A DNA stretch of 63,996 nucleotides, the filler included, from Octopus bimaculoides (Eukaryota): assembly GCF_001194135.2 (NCBI RefSeq). It is 6 parts of 6 records of this genome, joined end to end, with 100 filler letters (N's around TTAATTAATTAA, not from the genome) between each part and the next. Parts side by side here need not be neighbours in the genome. Positions count along the whole stretch, not along the records: positions 1 to 31,488 come from NC_068991.1; positions 31,589 to 52,095 come from NC_068995.1; 4 more parts are not named here. One strand, given 5' to 3'. The notes under the pieces are model-generated. The model worked only from the letters and a program-made list of their open reading frames with translations. It made no database searches and was not told the DNA's origin. The stretch's first letter is position 1; each line of letters begins with the position of its first letter. Below, one piece after another: positions 25,424-38,676 of this stretch. The translations under genes were made by a program, and so were the position numbers.

Positions 25424-25545
25424 GATATTTTGACATCTCGTGTGTCTTCAACAGGTTCAAAACAATAAGTAGATTTTGTCAATCCACTTCATTTTGGTTA
25501 ATATATAAAGGATTGAGGTATCTCCTCCAGAAGATATAGATCCCA
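25138..25545. repeat. 63-bp perfect direct repeat plus a diverged inverted copy around a (TAA)n tract
   Basis: 25138-25200 equals 25290-25352 exactly. 25422-25540 is a diverged reverse complement of about 25160-25270. (TAA)n spans about 25350-25421. Confidence 0.9.
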
Positions 25546-26075
25546 TGTACCTTTTATCAGTTGAAAGCAGAAGGCTCACAAAGGCTTGTTTCTCCACAAA
25601 CGAAACAATGTGGATTTTTGCCCTCAGTTATTATGTGTATTACCGTCCCGTTTTGGAGACGGATGTGGATCGAGATTCTTTTTACATTTTGTGGCCTGAT
25701 CTGGAGAAATATCTCCAGGTCAACCCCGAACCAGTCCTTTCTGGCAGATTTTGTCACCTCTATCGGAACGGTATCTGATCCTTGCTAGATTACGCATCCC
25801 AGAAGACACCACATATCAAGTCCTGGATGAATCCTGGGAATGTGGAAATGTGCTATTCTTTTTCCCATGTGGGAGGGGTACATAATGACCTTGCTGGTTT
25901 TGCAATGGAACATTGAGTGCTTCTTAGCGAGGGCTTCTGATTTAAAATGCACTGAAATGATACCGTATTGTCTGCTCCTCGCTATGTACTCGGTGTCATC
26001 CCTGATGCATGTTAGCGCAACTTCAATATCTGCTTGTGCTATTAAAGTCGCTCTTCTGAGATGCATCTGAAAAGC
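25545..26075 (-). mobile_element. Tx1/L1-like ORF1 fragment
   Basis: IEVALTCIRDDTEYIARSRQYGIISVHFKSE..MYPSHMGKRIAHFHI..WFG..EGKNPHCFVCG aligns by eye with ORF1 at 19919-20569. Confidence 0.75.
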
Positions 26076-26079
26076 ACCT

Positions 26080-29000
26080 GAAGAAGATACTACAGGGGAA
26101 ATAATTATAGACCAGCCCAGGGCTGATGAAAATGCAATAATGATTGAAAGAGTTAATGTAACTGATAAGCAAAGGGAAATACTCTGTGATCCAACCATAA
26201 AGTCTAAGGCAGATGAAAATCAAATTGATGAAGAAAGTTACACAGAAACTGACCCAACAAAACCACATGATCTAAAAAATCAAACCATGATTGACTGGCT
26301 GAAAATCAAAGAAACCAGTAGGAATGAATGCGACACTCTCCCCAAAATTCGCAATTCTAACCAAAAACCTGAAAATAAGTAGTAAAATCCGCCTTGCACT
26401 TAAGGATATAATTTCAGCTAACGATGTTGATATTACAGATCTCAACCACCTGTACTATGCATCCGCGAAAGTCTCAACGATTTTATGTGGTGAAAAGATT
26501 GGAAAACAACACTGCCACAAAAAGCCTTCTTAGCAAGAGCGTATTCAACACCAAATTCAGCTACATATGTCTTACATAGAATGTTAAAAAAAACTTAAGT
26601 TTGACAAAAGTATCAAACCAACAAAAACCGAAAATTAAATAAAAAATATAATATGAAAACCATATTTGACATCGATTCCATCAAGCAAAAGGTATGTGCT
26701 AAAGCCGCCGGCACAGCAAGGTATGAAAAGCTCGTTAGATTCTTCAAGGACAAGAACTTGTTCAAGAATAACCCAAAATTTTTTTACAGGAAGATAGAGA
26801 AAATACCAGTTACAGTAAAGTCTGTCCCGTCAAAAAGAGAAGTGCAGGAATTTTGAAATAAAAGTTGGGCCGAAGAAACAATACACAATGAACAGGCGCT
26901 TTGGATTGATAGAATATCTACAGACTTAGACTCCTTAGGGAGGTATCAAAGTAGAAGATGTAGGATCTGCTCTCAGGAGGTCAAGCAAATGGAAACCTCC
27001 AGAAAAGGACAAAATTCCTAATTTCTGGTTGGATGCCTTCCCAGAAAGCCATGGACTTCTAACAAAACTTTACAACATTGTTTTGTAACAACCTACTATG
27101 ATTTCCTCTTGGATAGTTAATGGTGTAAATTCTTTCTTCTAAAAATGAAGAAATAAAAGAACAAAAAAATTATTGACCCATAACCCGCTTAACAACAATG
27201 CATAAAATTCTAACATCTGTCTTCACTGAATATACCTATAGTTTCTTAATAGAAAGTGGGATATTCCCTAATGAGCAAAAAGGATGTAAACGTGGGTCTT
27301 ATGGTTGCAAAGAGCAGCTACTCATCAATAAGATGATCTCGGAAGATTGTCACAAACGACACAAAATGTGTCGATAACTTGGATAAACTATAAAAAGCTT
27401 TTAATAATCTACCACATAGCTGGATTTTAAAATGTCTGGAAAGGTATAAAATAGCACCTACACTGCGAAACTTTTTATCTGTAAGTATGAGATCATGGAG
27501 AACCACACTGACTTTGAACAGTGACAATGAATCTCTTAATGCTGAAGATGCAGGAATTTTATGTTAACCTTGACCAGCAGAATGCCACCAATGAGTTAGA
27601 ATCAGCAGGTAGCTACAAATACCTAGGAGGTTTTGAAGGGGGCGGAATCAAACATTCAGTGATGAGGGAAAGGATCAGTGATGAGGGAAAGGATCAGTGA
27701 TGAGGGAAAGGATCAGCGATGAGGGAAAGGATCAGTGATGAGGGAAAGGATCAGTGATGAGGGAAAGGATCAGTGATGAGGGAAAGGATCAGAAGAGAAT
27801 GTTATCGCAGGGTAAGAGCAATACCCAAAACGGTCGTGACTTACAGTTTCAATATCATTAACTGGTCAATTACTGGAATATGTAATCTTGACAGAAAAAT
27901 ACGAAAATTATTGACAATGCATAGAATGCACCACCTTAAGGCAAATATAGAACAACTTTATCTGCCAAGAAAAGAGGGAGGCCGTGGACTTTTACAACTG
28001 GAATTAACAATGAAGATTCCCACAATTGGCCTAGACACCTACCTGAAAAACTTTGATGACTGGATGCTAAAATTTGTCTCAAAACATGAAAACAAGAAAG
28101 CATCATACTCAGTAAGTGAATTCCAAATACAACAAATTCCAGAATTAGACGTACTAGAAACAAGCACAGAAAAAGCTAAGTGTATGAAAACCCGTGCTAA
28201 AACTGCTGCCTTAAATATTCTTACTGATAAATAGCAAGAAAAACCTCTCAATGGCAAATACCCAAAGAGAGCGAATAATGCCGATATTGACAAGGCCCTT
28301 ATCTATCAATGATGAGTGGCTTCTGGTTTGAAATCAGAAACAGAAGGGTTTACAATAATAGACCAAGATCAATGCCAACCTATAAGGAACTACCAGGCCA
28401 ATATATTAAAGAATGGCTGCTACCCAACATGTCGTGTATGTCAACAACAAAAGTAAACCATTGATCATGTTTTCCCCCATATGCAGTCTTCTTGGGCCTA
28501 TAGAGTATCTCAACAGGCATGATAGAGCAGTAGCAGCACAATATATTCACCTGGTAATTTGAAAAAAACCTGTGCCGCCCCATGATAAAAACTGATGGGA
28601 ACACAAATCACCTCCAGTACTTGAAAATGATCATATTTCACTCCTCTGGAACTTCACCATTCAAACTGACAGAAAGATAGATGCAAATAAGCCATAAGAT
28701 ATATTCAAAGACTTCAGACCAAAATTATGCCTCCTCATTGATATGATTGTCCCAATCGATATAAATGTATGTCAAGATCTACCAAAAACTGAGTAAGTAT
28801 AAAGGTCTTGAAATAGAAATTGGTAAAATGTGAAACCTCAAAACTAAAACAATACCTGTTCTCATAGCTGCCCTGGGAATGATAGCAAAAGGTGCTGATT
28901 GCTACCTAGCTCAGATACCAGAAAGCCCCAAAATGAAAGAAATTCAAAAGATATTGCGCATGGGAACTGCCCAAATCCTACGTAAAATACTGTCTATGTA

Positions 29001-29210
29001 ATCTCAAATTTTAAAACAAACTTATAATTTTCTTATGTCTTCTTAAACATTCCCTAGAACAATACTATGTACAAAACCAAATATATGACACCCTAGGCAT
29101 AACACCAACATGAACTTCTAACTTGTTGTCTCTTGAGGTCTCTGTGTAAGACTTGGATCCAACTTGTATAAATACAAAGCAAAAGGCAAACATATAATGA
29201 TAATAATAAT
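26080..29210 (+). mobile_element. Largest R4/Dong-type LINE copy (N-terminal region, RT, CCHC, REL, 3' UTR, TAA tail), inactivated with an internal deletion
   Basis: EQKGCKRGSYGCKEQLLINKMI, YKYLG, CRVCQQQK.TIDHVF..C, LLWNFTIQTDRKIDANKP, CLLIDMIVPID, SKYKGLEIEI. The 3' end matches 1-354. The catalytic (Y/F)MDD segment appears deleted near 27560. Confidence 0.92.
27656..27792 (+). repeat. Minisatellite, 7 x 19 bp (TCAGTGATGAGGGAAAGGA), inside the LINE
   Basis: Units start at 27656, 27675, 27694, 27713, 27732, 27751 and 27770, with one substitution in unit 4. Confidence 0.97.
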
Positions 29211-29418
29211 CCTTTCTACTAAAGGCACAAGGCCTAAAAGTTTTGGGGAAGGAACTAGTCGATTCCATCGACCCCAATGTTTCACTGGTACTTATTTTAT
29301 CGACCCCAAAACGATGAAAGGCAAAATCGACCTCGGCGGAATTTGAACTTAGAACGTAGCGGCAGACGAAACAAGCATTTTGCTCGGTGAGGTAGCGATT
29401 CTGTCAGTCCACCGCCTT
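29211..29418 (-). mobile_element. tRNA-derived SINE family A, full length, flanked by TAA tracts
   Basis: On minus: head AAGGCGGTGGACTGACAGAATCG, B-box AAGTTCAAATTCC, tail TAGTAGAAAGGATTATTATT. Confidence 0.88.
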
Positions 29419-29436
29419 AATAATAATAATAATAAC

Positions 29437-29521
<85 letters not shown>

Positions 29522-29526
29522 GTAAT
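29419..29526. repeat. (TAA)n microsatellite
   Basis: Direct reading of the sequence. Confidence 0.97.
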
Positions 29527-31035
29527 GACTAATGCAGAACTTGACAGCCTAATCCAGTCTGTGCGGATTTTCTCTAATGATATTAAGGTCGAGTTTGGAC
29601 TCTCAAAATGTGCTACGATGGTGATGAGACGAGGAAAGCTTGCCAGGACAGAAGACATATAACTACCAAGTGGTGAAATGATGAAGGCAATTCAACCTCA
29701 ATCCAGCTATAAATACATGGGAATACTTGAGGCAGATGGAATCAAACATCACGACATGAAGGAAAAGACAAAAAGAGAATACCTGCAGCAAGTGAGAAGA
29801 ATATTGACTTCAAAACTGAATGCCAGAAACATAATTTCGGCAATAAACTCGCACAAAATCGCAGTATCTCATTATGGCGCTGGAATCCTGAAGTGGACAG
29901 AAGAGGAGCTAAAGGAGATGGACAGGAAGTCAAGCAAGCTCCTAACGATGCATGGAGCCCATCATCCTCGTTCAGACACTGATCGCCTATAAATGAAGAG
30001 AGCAAATGGAGGAAGGGGACTGATAGCTGTGGAAGACTGCGTGCGTATCGATACCTAGGCCAAAGATACCTAGGCCAAAGTAAGGAAACCTTGCTAGTGA
30101 GTTAGGAACGAGGAGGTATTGAAAGTAGAGAAAAAAGGAAACTCATAGGAAGAAGTGCAAAAAGGACAAGAAGAAGCATTTAGGAACAAGGGACTACACA
30201 ATCAATTCTATGTAGCCGCAACAGAAGTTGCTGGCAAAACATACGTGGGATTGGCTGATGAAAAGAACCTTAAAAAAAAGAGACCGAAAGCACTATACTG
30301 GCGGCGCAGGACCAAGCTCTGACCACGAACTAGAGGTTCAACATTAGGAATGAGTAAGTGTCTCAGCTGTGTCGCATCTGCAATAGAGTGGTTGAACCCA
30401 ATGCCTATATCACGAACGAATGCACTAGACTTGCCCAAAACCACAAGTTGTGGTGACACAACCAGTATGCGAAAGTACTATATTGGAAACTGCGCGAAAA
30501 GTGGGGGCTAGAAAGAGGCAAGACGTGGTATGAGCACAGACCATAGAGACTGGTCGAGTCGGAGACTAACAAAATCCTCTGGGATTTCCTACTCCAAACA
30601 GAACAGATGCTAGATCGGACTTAATAGTGATGGACAAGGTGCACCACATTTGCTATATATTTAATGTTGCATGTCCCTTTGACCCACGAATAATCAAGAA
30701 GCAAGACGAAAAGATAGATAGATACAACTCTCTTAAGTACGAAATAGCTTGGCGATGGAAAATGAAGAAGGTGAAGATAGTGCCATTTATTGTTGGATCC
30801 TTGGGGACAGTATCAGAAGGCATCAAAAGGAATATAAAGAAAATTGGAATAGATTGCCCAGTAGAACACTTACAAAAGATTTGCCTCCTTGGCACGGCCA
30901 GAATAATCAGGAAAGATAACTGAAAAGAACGAATAGCATGGTACCGTACGCTGCAGGTAGCATTCCCGCTACGCATGCAAGACTCCAGGAGCTCCAACAA
31001 AATCTGTGATAAAGAGATGATAATACTGATAATAA
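29527..31035 (+). mobile_element. 5'-truncated R4/Dong-type LINE of a second subfamily (RT C-terminus, CCHC, REL, TAA-like tail)
   Basis: FSNDIKVEFGLSKC, SYKYMGILE, KLNARNIISAIN, HHPRSDTDRL, KILWDF, NVACPFD..EKIDRY..LKYEI..IVGSLG..LLGTARIIRK*. Starts directly after the TAA tract. Confidence 0.92.
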
Positions 31036-31319
31036 TTTTTTTTTTTCCTTTTTCTCTCTGTCTTTCCTCTATTACATGGCTTTGTAAATGAAAAATCTGG
31101 TGCGTTTATTTTGATGGCCAACCAATGCATACAGTACGTTTCTCTGGCCTAGGTGTCAGGAAGACATACAGCAAGAAATGGAAACAGAACTGAAAGGACA
31201 TGCTAATGAAAATAGACTTAACAAACAGTACAAACCCCCGACAGACACAATATCTTTAATCAATCACCTCGTGATATTGTATACTGTGCGACATCTATAA
31301 TACTAATACTATTACTAAT

Positions 31320-31436
<117 letters not shown>

Positions 31437-33395
31437 TTTAACATGTGAGTACGATAAATCACTGCTCCGAAACTTATCCAAAAACATCNNNNNNNNNNNN
31501 NNNNNNNNNNNNNNNNNNNNNNNNNNNNNNNNTTAATTAATTAANNNNNNNNNNNNNNNNNNNNNNNNNNNNNNNNNNNNNNNNNNNNCCACACACACAC
31601 ACACCCATCCCCCCACATACACACCCATCCCCCCACAAAACACGCACACACATATTTATATACATACATGTATTTATATATGCGTACACACACAATTATT
31701 ATTCTTTTAAATTTTCCATGTTCATGCAAATACACATATATGTACATATATTTATTACACATATATATTTACATACATGTATATGCATTTATACATAGAC
31801 ACTTACACACGCAGGCACATACACACATACATACATACATACATACATACATACATACATACATACATACATACATACATACATACATACATACATGCAT
31901 AGAGTATATGCAAGTTCATAAATGTCAATTCGATATAATTATCTTAATATAAATTACATCAAATGGTTATTCTAAGGAAACTCCTAACAGGGGCACCTTT
32001 GCGTGGTCTTTAAATTGCTAGAAGTAGCAGCAATATTTCATTCAAATCTCACTCTGTCATTTTAGATAAGGAAATGGCGCATTAGAAAATGTAGCCTTAC
32101 TCTGATGAGATGGGATCTTCGTGAATGGAATGCTTTTTGTTATATGTTTGCTCGTATATGTTCTATTGAGTCAGTAAAATATGCTGTATATATATGGTAT
32201 ATGTTCTTGTGAGTCAGAACAATTTATATTACAACAGATAAAATAATGTAGTCGTTGCGCCCGCAAGCTATTGTATTCTTACTATATATTCTTGATATAT
32301 GTTTTAATATAATGTACTGTGATGTATGTCTCAAATTGACCATAGTTTATCTCTTATTTCAGTATTTGTATCTATATTTTGGCTGATGTTGTTATTCGAC
32401 CCCACATCAATATTGATCAAGTCTTCGATCAATGACAATCCAACTGTAAACATTCCAGCTGTTTTTAGACTCAGTATATTTCGGACTATACTATCCATTG
32501 AGTCCTTCCTTGTTTTAAGACGGTAGCGTGAAATGTTAGCTCCTCTATCATAGATGTAAATCTTTATTCGTGATCTTACCTTTCTCTTGACATTAGTAGC
32601 AAAGACGTTAATTAAATGAAGCCGCTCACGTTGTTCATTGAATATTCAAGTAGTTTCTTATTTTCATATTCGATAGCATTAGTGTGTCTTAATGTTTGTG
32701 TGTGCATAGCAAACACTCGACAAAGTTGATATCAAGAATATCAAGTTTGACTCATTGAAAGAGTTATCATCACAACAGTTACATCTATTATCACCAGCTT
32801 CCTTAAGCAATCACATCGAAACTCTAATGCTAATAATGCCAATGTTTCATTAATTCTGAAAGTGTAATTCTCCTTTAGAGTGCTAGATTTTTCAGTAAGT
32901 CTTGTTTTGTCTAGGTAACGAATTTCATATATTACGCTTTGAAAGAATTCTTTTTAAAATTGTAGAACAGAGACTGTTTTAATCGTTGTTAGAGAACTAA
33001 CATTTGTGATATTCTTGAAGCCGAGATTTTAAATTCATGGAGAAAATATTTATATATCGCATGAGGAAATTCTAGATCTCATAATACAAGGAAACAGTTG
33101 CATAACCAAGTGCCTGCAAGCCTGGCGAACTACGTTGCGTAGAAACAATTGTAGTGATTGTAAATAAATGTCCAACCGTACTCCTCATTGACTCCAGCTT
33201 TTTCAACTTCACATACGACAGAAACCTATTCACACACTACAGAAACCTAAATGCAAATCTGGAAGAAGTATAACTGGGTAGAACTGGGTAGCGCATGGTG
33301 AAATTTTAAGGACGAGCTTTATATTGTACTCGACTACATTCTTAACAGAATATAACATAGTTATATGAGCGTGCATGTGTGCGGGGTGTATGTAT

Positions 33396-33797
33396 AGGCG
33401 TAGCAGTGTGGTAAGAAGGTTGGTTGCTTCCGAACCACATGGTTCCGGGTTCAGTCCCACTGCGTGGCACCTTGGGCAAGTGTTTTCTACTATAGCCTCG
33501 GGATGACCAAAACCTTGAGTGGATTTGGTAGACGGAAACTGAAAGAAGCCCGTCGTGTATATGCGCGCGCGTGTGTGCAAGTGTGTGTGCGTGCGTTTGT
33601 ATGTCTGTGTTTGTCTCGCCACAATTGCTTGACAACCGATGTTGGTGTGTTTACGTCCCCGTAACTTAGTGGTTCGGCAAAATGACCGATAGAATAAGTA
33701 CTAGGCTTATAAAGAATAAGTCCTGGGGTTGATTAGTTCGACTAAAGGCGGTGCTCCAGCATGGCTGCAGTCAAATGACTGAATAAAGTAAAAGAAT
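33396..33797 (+). mobile_element. tRNA-derived SINE family B, full length
   Basis: Head AGGCGTAGCAGTGTGGTAAG, B-box-like GGGTTCAGTCCC, core GGATTTGGTAGACGGAAACTGAAAGAAGCCCGTCG, internal TG tract, tail GACTGAATAAAGTAAAAGAATA. Homologues lie in this window. Confidence 0.88.
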
Positions 33798-34274
33798 ATA
33801 TATATATACATGTGTGTATCTACATACATACATACATATATACATACACGCTATAAATGTCAAAGATAATCGTAATTTTAGTATAACATTTTGTACTGGT
33901 AGCAATGAAGTGCTGCTAGGCAACTGGGTTGTCTTCTAAGAACACAATAAACAGTCTTTGCAAACCATAACGAGAAGTAACTGATTTCAAACATTTTTCA
34001 ATTTGTTGCACATTACTTGATTGAGAACGTTAGAAACGCAGCTTTAAAAAAGTTTTACTTTGTACTTTGGGGGAAACTTAAACAAGAATGCCCGGATGCG
34101 CGCACACACACACATACACGCATACAGAAGTCTATTTGTATTCACACATTCACCATCATACTCTTACACATATGCACATACATAGACACGAATGTTGAAG
34201 AACATTTTTTCGTGTTTTTTCTTTTTCCGTACATTTTTACACTCGTTTCCTCTTTGATAAACACCATATATTAA

Positions 34275-34276
<2 letters not shown>

Positions 34277-34340
<64 letters not shown>

Positions 34341-34420
34341 GTAGGGCATTACTAAATCGCTTTAATGTGTCCACGCTCGGATGAAGAAACTGATTTGATA
34401 AGAGCTATTGNNNNNNNNNN

Positions 34421-34485
<65 letters not shown>

Positions 34486-34520
34486 CAGAGAGAGAGAGAC
34501 AGAGAGAAAAAGAGAGACAA
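34277..34520. repeat. (TG)n and (GA)n microsatellites
   Basis: Direct reading of the sequence. Confidence 0.95.
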
Positions 34521-36112
34521 ACAGACAGATAAAAAAAAGCGACGGACAGAAGGAAAGAAATAGGGGCAGAGAAAAAAGAATGGTGGAATGTTTGTTTTTA
34601 TTAACAGCTGAAAGTTTGTTTTAAAGTTATACGTTTGTTAGTGTTCTATCAAAGCAGCTTCTTAGTATTGTCGGTGATGAAACAAGTGCTTTCGTAGCGG
34701 CACAAGAATGAGGTTTAATGATTCCAGCGTTTCGGCGGAGAACCATTAAGCAAATTGCTCCAGCAAACTTGCTCGTGGCACAGTCCTCACAGCCAAGTTC
34801 CCCTAACTAATGTTTCGAATCTGATCTCCGTTCTAGTTGATGTCACCCTACCCATTTAAACACTAATTGTAGTATTGATTATCTCGCAACCCACAACACT
34901 TCTGAGGAGGTTTTCGAAGATTTTGTACCACGTCCCCTTATACAATCCCACCCTATATCTAAAATACAGCTCCAATCTCGAGTTCTGTTCATGTAAGAAG
35001 ATCTCCATAAATTCTCTTTACAGTTGGGGGGGGGGGAGAAAAAGAGAAAAACCCCAGAAAATAGTGGATTTCTCAGTAGTTTGCTGCAACCAATGGAGTT
35101 CAAACAGAAGTGTTTTGATGTTTCTAATACAACTTTATTTGTTCGCTTGTTTTCCAATAAACTCTGCTGAGTTACCCTTATTTTTCTGAAATTTTCAAAT
35201 TGTATAGGTAATTTATGGACACTCTGTATATGCTGTTTATTCTGTATCTATACTTAATCGTGTGTTAAAGATTGTTTATATCCCAGGTAATGTGAGCTTG
35301 TAATCAGGAAGCGCGCTATCGCAATTTTTAGTCTTGTTAGCTGTTCATACTCACTGAATTAGACATATATTACTGAATACTCATTAAATGAGCCAATGAA
35401 TTAGACATACAGACATTCTGTTACACGACCGAGAGGTTAAAATGGTCACTTCGAAGTCATAAGTTCCCACCGAGTGAAATCTTGAACAAGTATTTTTTAT
35501 CGTAGCTTCAGGATGATCTTAGCTTTATGAGTAAACAAAAATTAGGGAGTGGGCGGAACTTTGTTGGATAGGTGGTTTCTTTATTTCAATGGGCCAGCTT
35601 TATTACAGTCACGCCGATTTATTTGAGAATTACGTTATGGGTACACGTGTCCGTAAGATACTAAGTTACTACTTACTCACTAATATAATGAATATGGTGG
35701 TGTTGGTTCTTTCGATCAACTGAAATTAGACAAAAACGCTTTGTAGAAGTGTTTAAGATCTAACAAAAACAAAACTATATAAGGGAGGTAACTCCAGTAA
35801 GATTGAAATTTTTGGAGCATGAAGACCAAACAGACTGACATGAAGCTGGTCTTTATAACAAACAGGTGAAAACTATAGACATGTTTTGAACTTATTCGAC
35901 CTCTTTAGCAAAACTCAGTTGGCAAAATGAATCAGTAAGTCATTCAGTTATTCGAACAACTGGAATATCGCCGAAACTAACACAAGATCTATTTATCTAG
36001 TTGTAAGAAACACTCAAGAGAGCTAAACAGCAGGTCTATAGACAAGAAACCCCAGCGAGGCAAGTGTTTTGGCCCTTAACTGCTTACGCTCCATATTTTA
36101 CATAATTGGGCT

Positions 36113-36245
36113 ATTCTTTTAGTCTATTACTTATTTCAATCATTGGGTTGCGACTATGTTTGAATACCCACTTCAAGAGTTTTAGTCGATATATAGAATT
36201 CAGTAGGACTTATTTCAGTTTCGTATTATTTCATCGAATCCTATT
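36113..36245 (-). mobile_element. SINE family B diverged 3' fragment
   Basis: TTACTTATTTCAATCATTGGGTTGCGACTATG...TTTTAGTCG resembles the family B ends. Confidence 0.5.
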
Positions 36246-36524
36246 TGTCAAACAGGGTTTTCCTTTTTTGTGTTAAAGGACACATATAAATCGTTGCATG
36301 GCTTTGTACTGGTTAACACAAAGACGCACATATGCATGCATGCGTGCATGCATACATACATACATACATACATACATACATACATACATACATACATACA
36401 TACATACATACATACATACGCACGTACGGACGTGAAAATCAGATGCCCTCTGGACACAAATGTGGTTAGAAAAATGCAAGAGGAAAAGGACAACCACGGA
36501 CCATTCATAACGAGTTTGCAAATC

Positions 36525-37685
36525 CAGTATCCAAGATAGACTTTCAGCTTCATAACCATTATTAACAGGATACATAGTAATCCGTCTGGAGTAAAGTATG
36601 GCTGAACTTGGCATATTGGGGAGAGAATGTAAATCATTAATTCATATGCTACAAATGATCACGATATCTGACACTATAATAATCTGTAAGGCCTTAAGAT
36701 TTAAAGGATGATGGTTAAAACATGATACATTCCTTCATAACCTTGCTACCAAGTAGGTGGCCGTTCAAAATTAAAATTAAAATTAAAAAGAGAAAGGGAA
36801 GCATACATACATACATACATACATACATACATACATACATACATCGTCACAGATGATTTCCATCTCTTTGTGTTTCCTCGTTATTTCTGACATTCCATCC
36901 ATGATCTCTCAGATGACTATTCAGTTCCGTTACACTCTGCGTGTATTGGAGCATAGGTGACAAATGAAAGCTGTAACTTGTTGTGCACTTCCAACTGGAT
37001 AGGTCTGTACACGTCGCCCTCCTCTATCACCATAGGACTCTCAGTGGATGGGGTGACAAATGAGATCGCCATAAAGAGTCATCTGTATACCATTGGAATA
37101 AAGTGATGAACGCTTGTACAAGTGTGTCACTCTCTCAGGCTCCGTGATTATACCTAGTGACAGACTGAAGCGAGATGGCCTGTAATAACGTGAAACCACA
37201 GATTTTACATCAGAGTGTCCTTCTCGTAGAAGGACGTTCTGAGAATAGCTAGGGGTGCCTCACACCCAGTGGTTTTACTGCGCGCCCTTACACTTGGGTA
37301 TGACTTTAAACTGCATCCAATAGGTGGGGCCCTGGTTCAGGAGTTCCTGAGTTTTGAGAAGTATGGAACCACCTCTTAGCCACTATCGTTCCATGATCTA
37401 GTCCGACCCGGGGTACTAGCACCTGTCAGGGTCCCAAGTGCTCAAGATACACTTTCAGCTTCATACCTGTTATTGGAGTAACGAGATACACACCAACCCG
37501 TCTGGAGCAAAGTATGATTAAACTTGGGATCTTGCAGAGAGAACGCAAATCCTTAATTCATACATTACAAAAGATCTGGGACTATAAAAATCTGCAAGAC
37601 CTTCTTAAGATTTAAAGGATAATGAACAAAACAAGATGCTTTCCTTCACATCCTTGCTACCAAGCAGGTGACTGGACAAAATTTA
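36525..37685. repeat. Two diverged direct copies of an about 250-bp unit (36525-36775, 37435-37685) flanking an (ATAC)n tract and an unclassified retro-like segment
   Basis: Shared blocks include ACTTTCAGCTTCATA, CCGTCTGGAG.AAAGTATG, TTAAGATTTAAAGGAT and CCTTGCTACCAAG.AGGTG. Confidence 0.75.
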
Positions 37686-38642
37686 TTCTCAAGTACAAAG
37701 ATAATACATATTCACAAACACATTCTAAAGTAGAAAGGATTATTAGTACTGTTGTATCACTGAATGCTGCACTTTTGGATTCACTCATGTTCTACATTTG
37801 GTTGTACTATTAATTCTTTTTAGCGATTTCGACGGGGAGAAGTATCTTTATCTTCAAAGGTCTTCGAATGTCCTCTGGGACCGGTCAGTTTGACAGCTAT
37901 TATTCTTCTTGAACTGTTGGTTGAAAGAAAACTGTGTGAGGAGGTGGGTAGTCCATAGAGGTGGAGCACGAGAAAAATGGTTAGTGGGAGGTGTGTGGGG
38001 ACGGAGATGCTTTGAGGAGAAGGAAGAGGATGAGGGGAGTGAGTCGGGTAGTCCTGAGTGACTTTTGTTTGTGTGGGAGGTGGTAGAGGAGGTAGACCTT
38101 TTTCAGTCTTGTTTGCCAGAAGATGAAGACACTGAGAGAGAGAAAGAGAAACAGAGAGAAAGAATGGGAGAGACAGCAATCTCGTCTTAACCAACCAATA
38201 TGAAAGGGGTAGGGAGCTGGCGTTGGTGGGGTGGTTTGGTAGTGGTTAATGATGATACCAATGACGACAACAAGAAGACGATGAAGAAGCGGAGGACAAG
38301 GAGGACAAGGTAGAAGGGGAGGACGAGGTGGAAGAGGAGGATGACGGGGATGATAATGAATTTGATGATTGTGCTAATGATGGAATCAACAGCGATGATT
38401 GTATGATGATTCTGACGATGGATGTAAGACGTGTTGATGGTGTTGGTGGTGGTTGATTTTTGATGATGTCGTTATGTCGGGAAGGATATTAATCATATCA
38501 CCGACATACTTTGATCATTATTCCCCAATAAATATATAGGTTTGTGTGTGTGTGTGTGTCTGTGTACGTGTGTCTGTGTACGTGTGTGTGTGTACGTGTG
38601 TACGTATGTGTATGTATGTATGTACATATATATGTATGCGTG

Positions 38643-38676
<34 letters not shown>

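Noticed and set aside
27656-27792. CRISPR-like array (also 12060-12232 and 41084-41185)
   Set aside because: These are head-to-tail repeats without unique spacers, there are no cas genes, and the context is eukaryotic.
31489-31588. TTAATTAATTAA embedded in N runs, also at 52140, 58739, 60372 and 62434
   Set aside because: Where counted (31489 and 52096) the block is 44 N + 12 bp + 44 N = 100 bp, and the others look identical. The 12-mer has stops in all six frames. It is an artificial scaffold-join spacer, not a biological motif.
34640-34870. Apparently unique sequence with TAAT motifs as an enhancer
   Set aside because: Such motifs are expected by chance in AT-rich DNA, and no conservation or chromatin data are available.
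38255-38470. Asp/Glu-rich coding-looking stretch
   Set aside because: Degenerate GAN/GGN trinucleotide low-complexity sequence with no supported start, splice context or domain.
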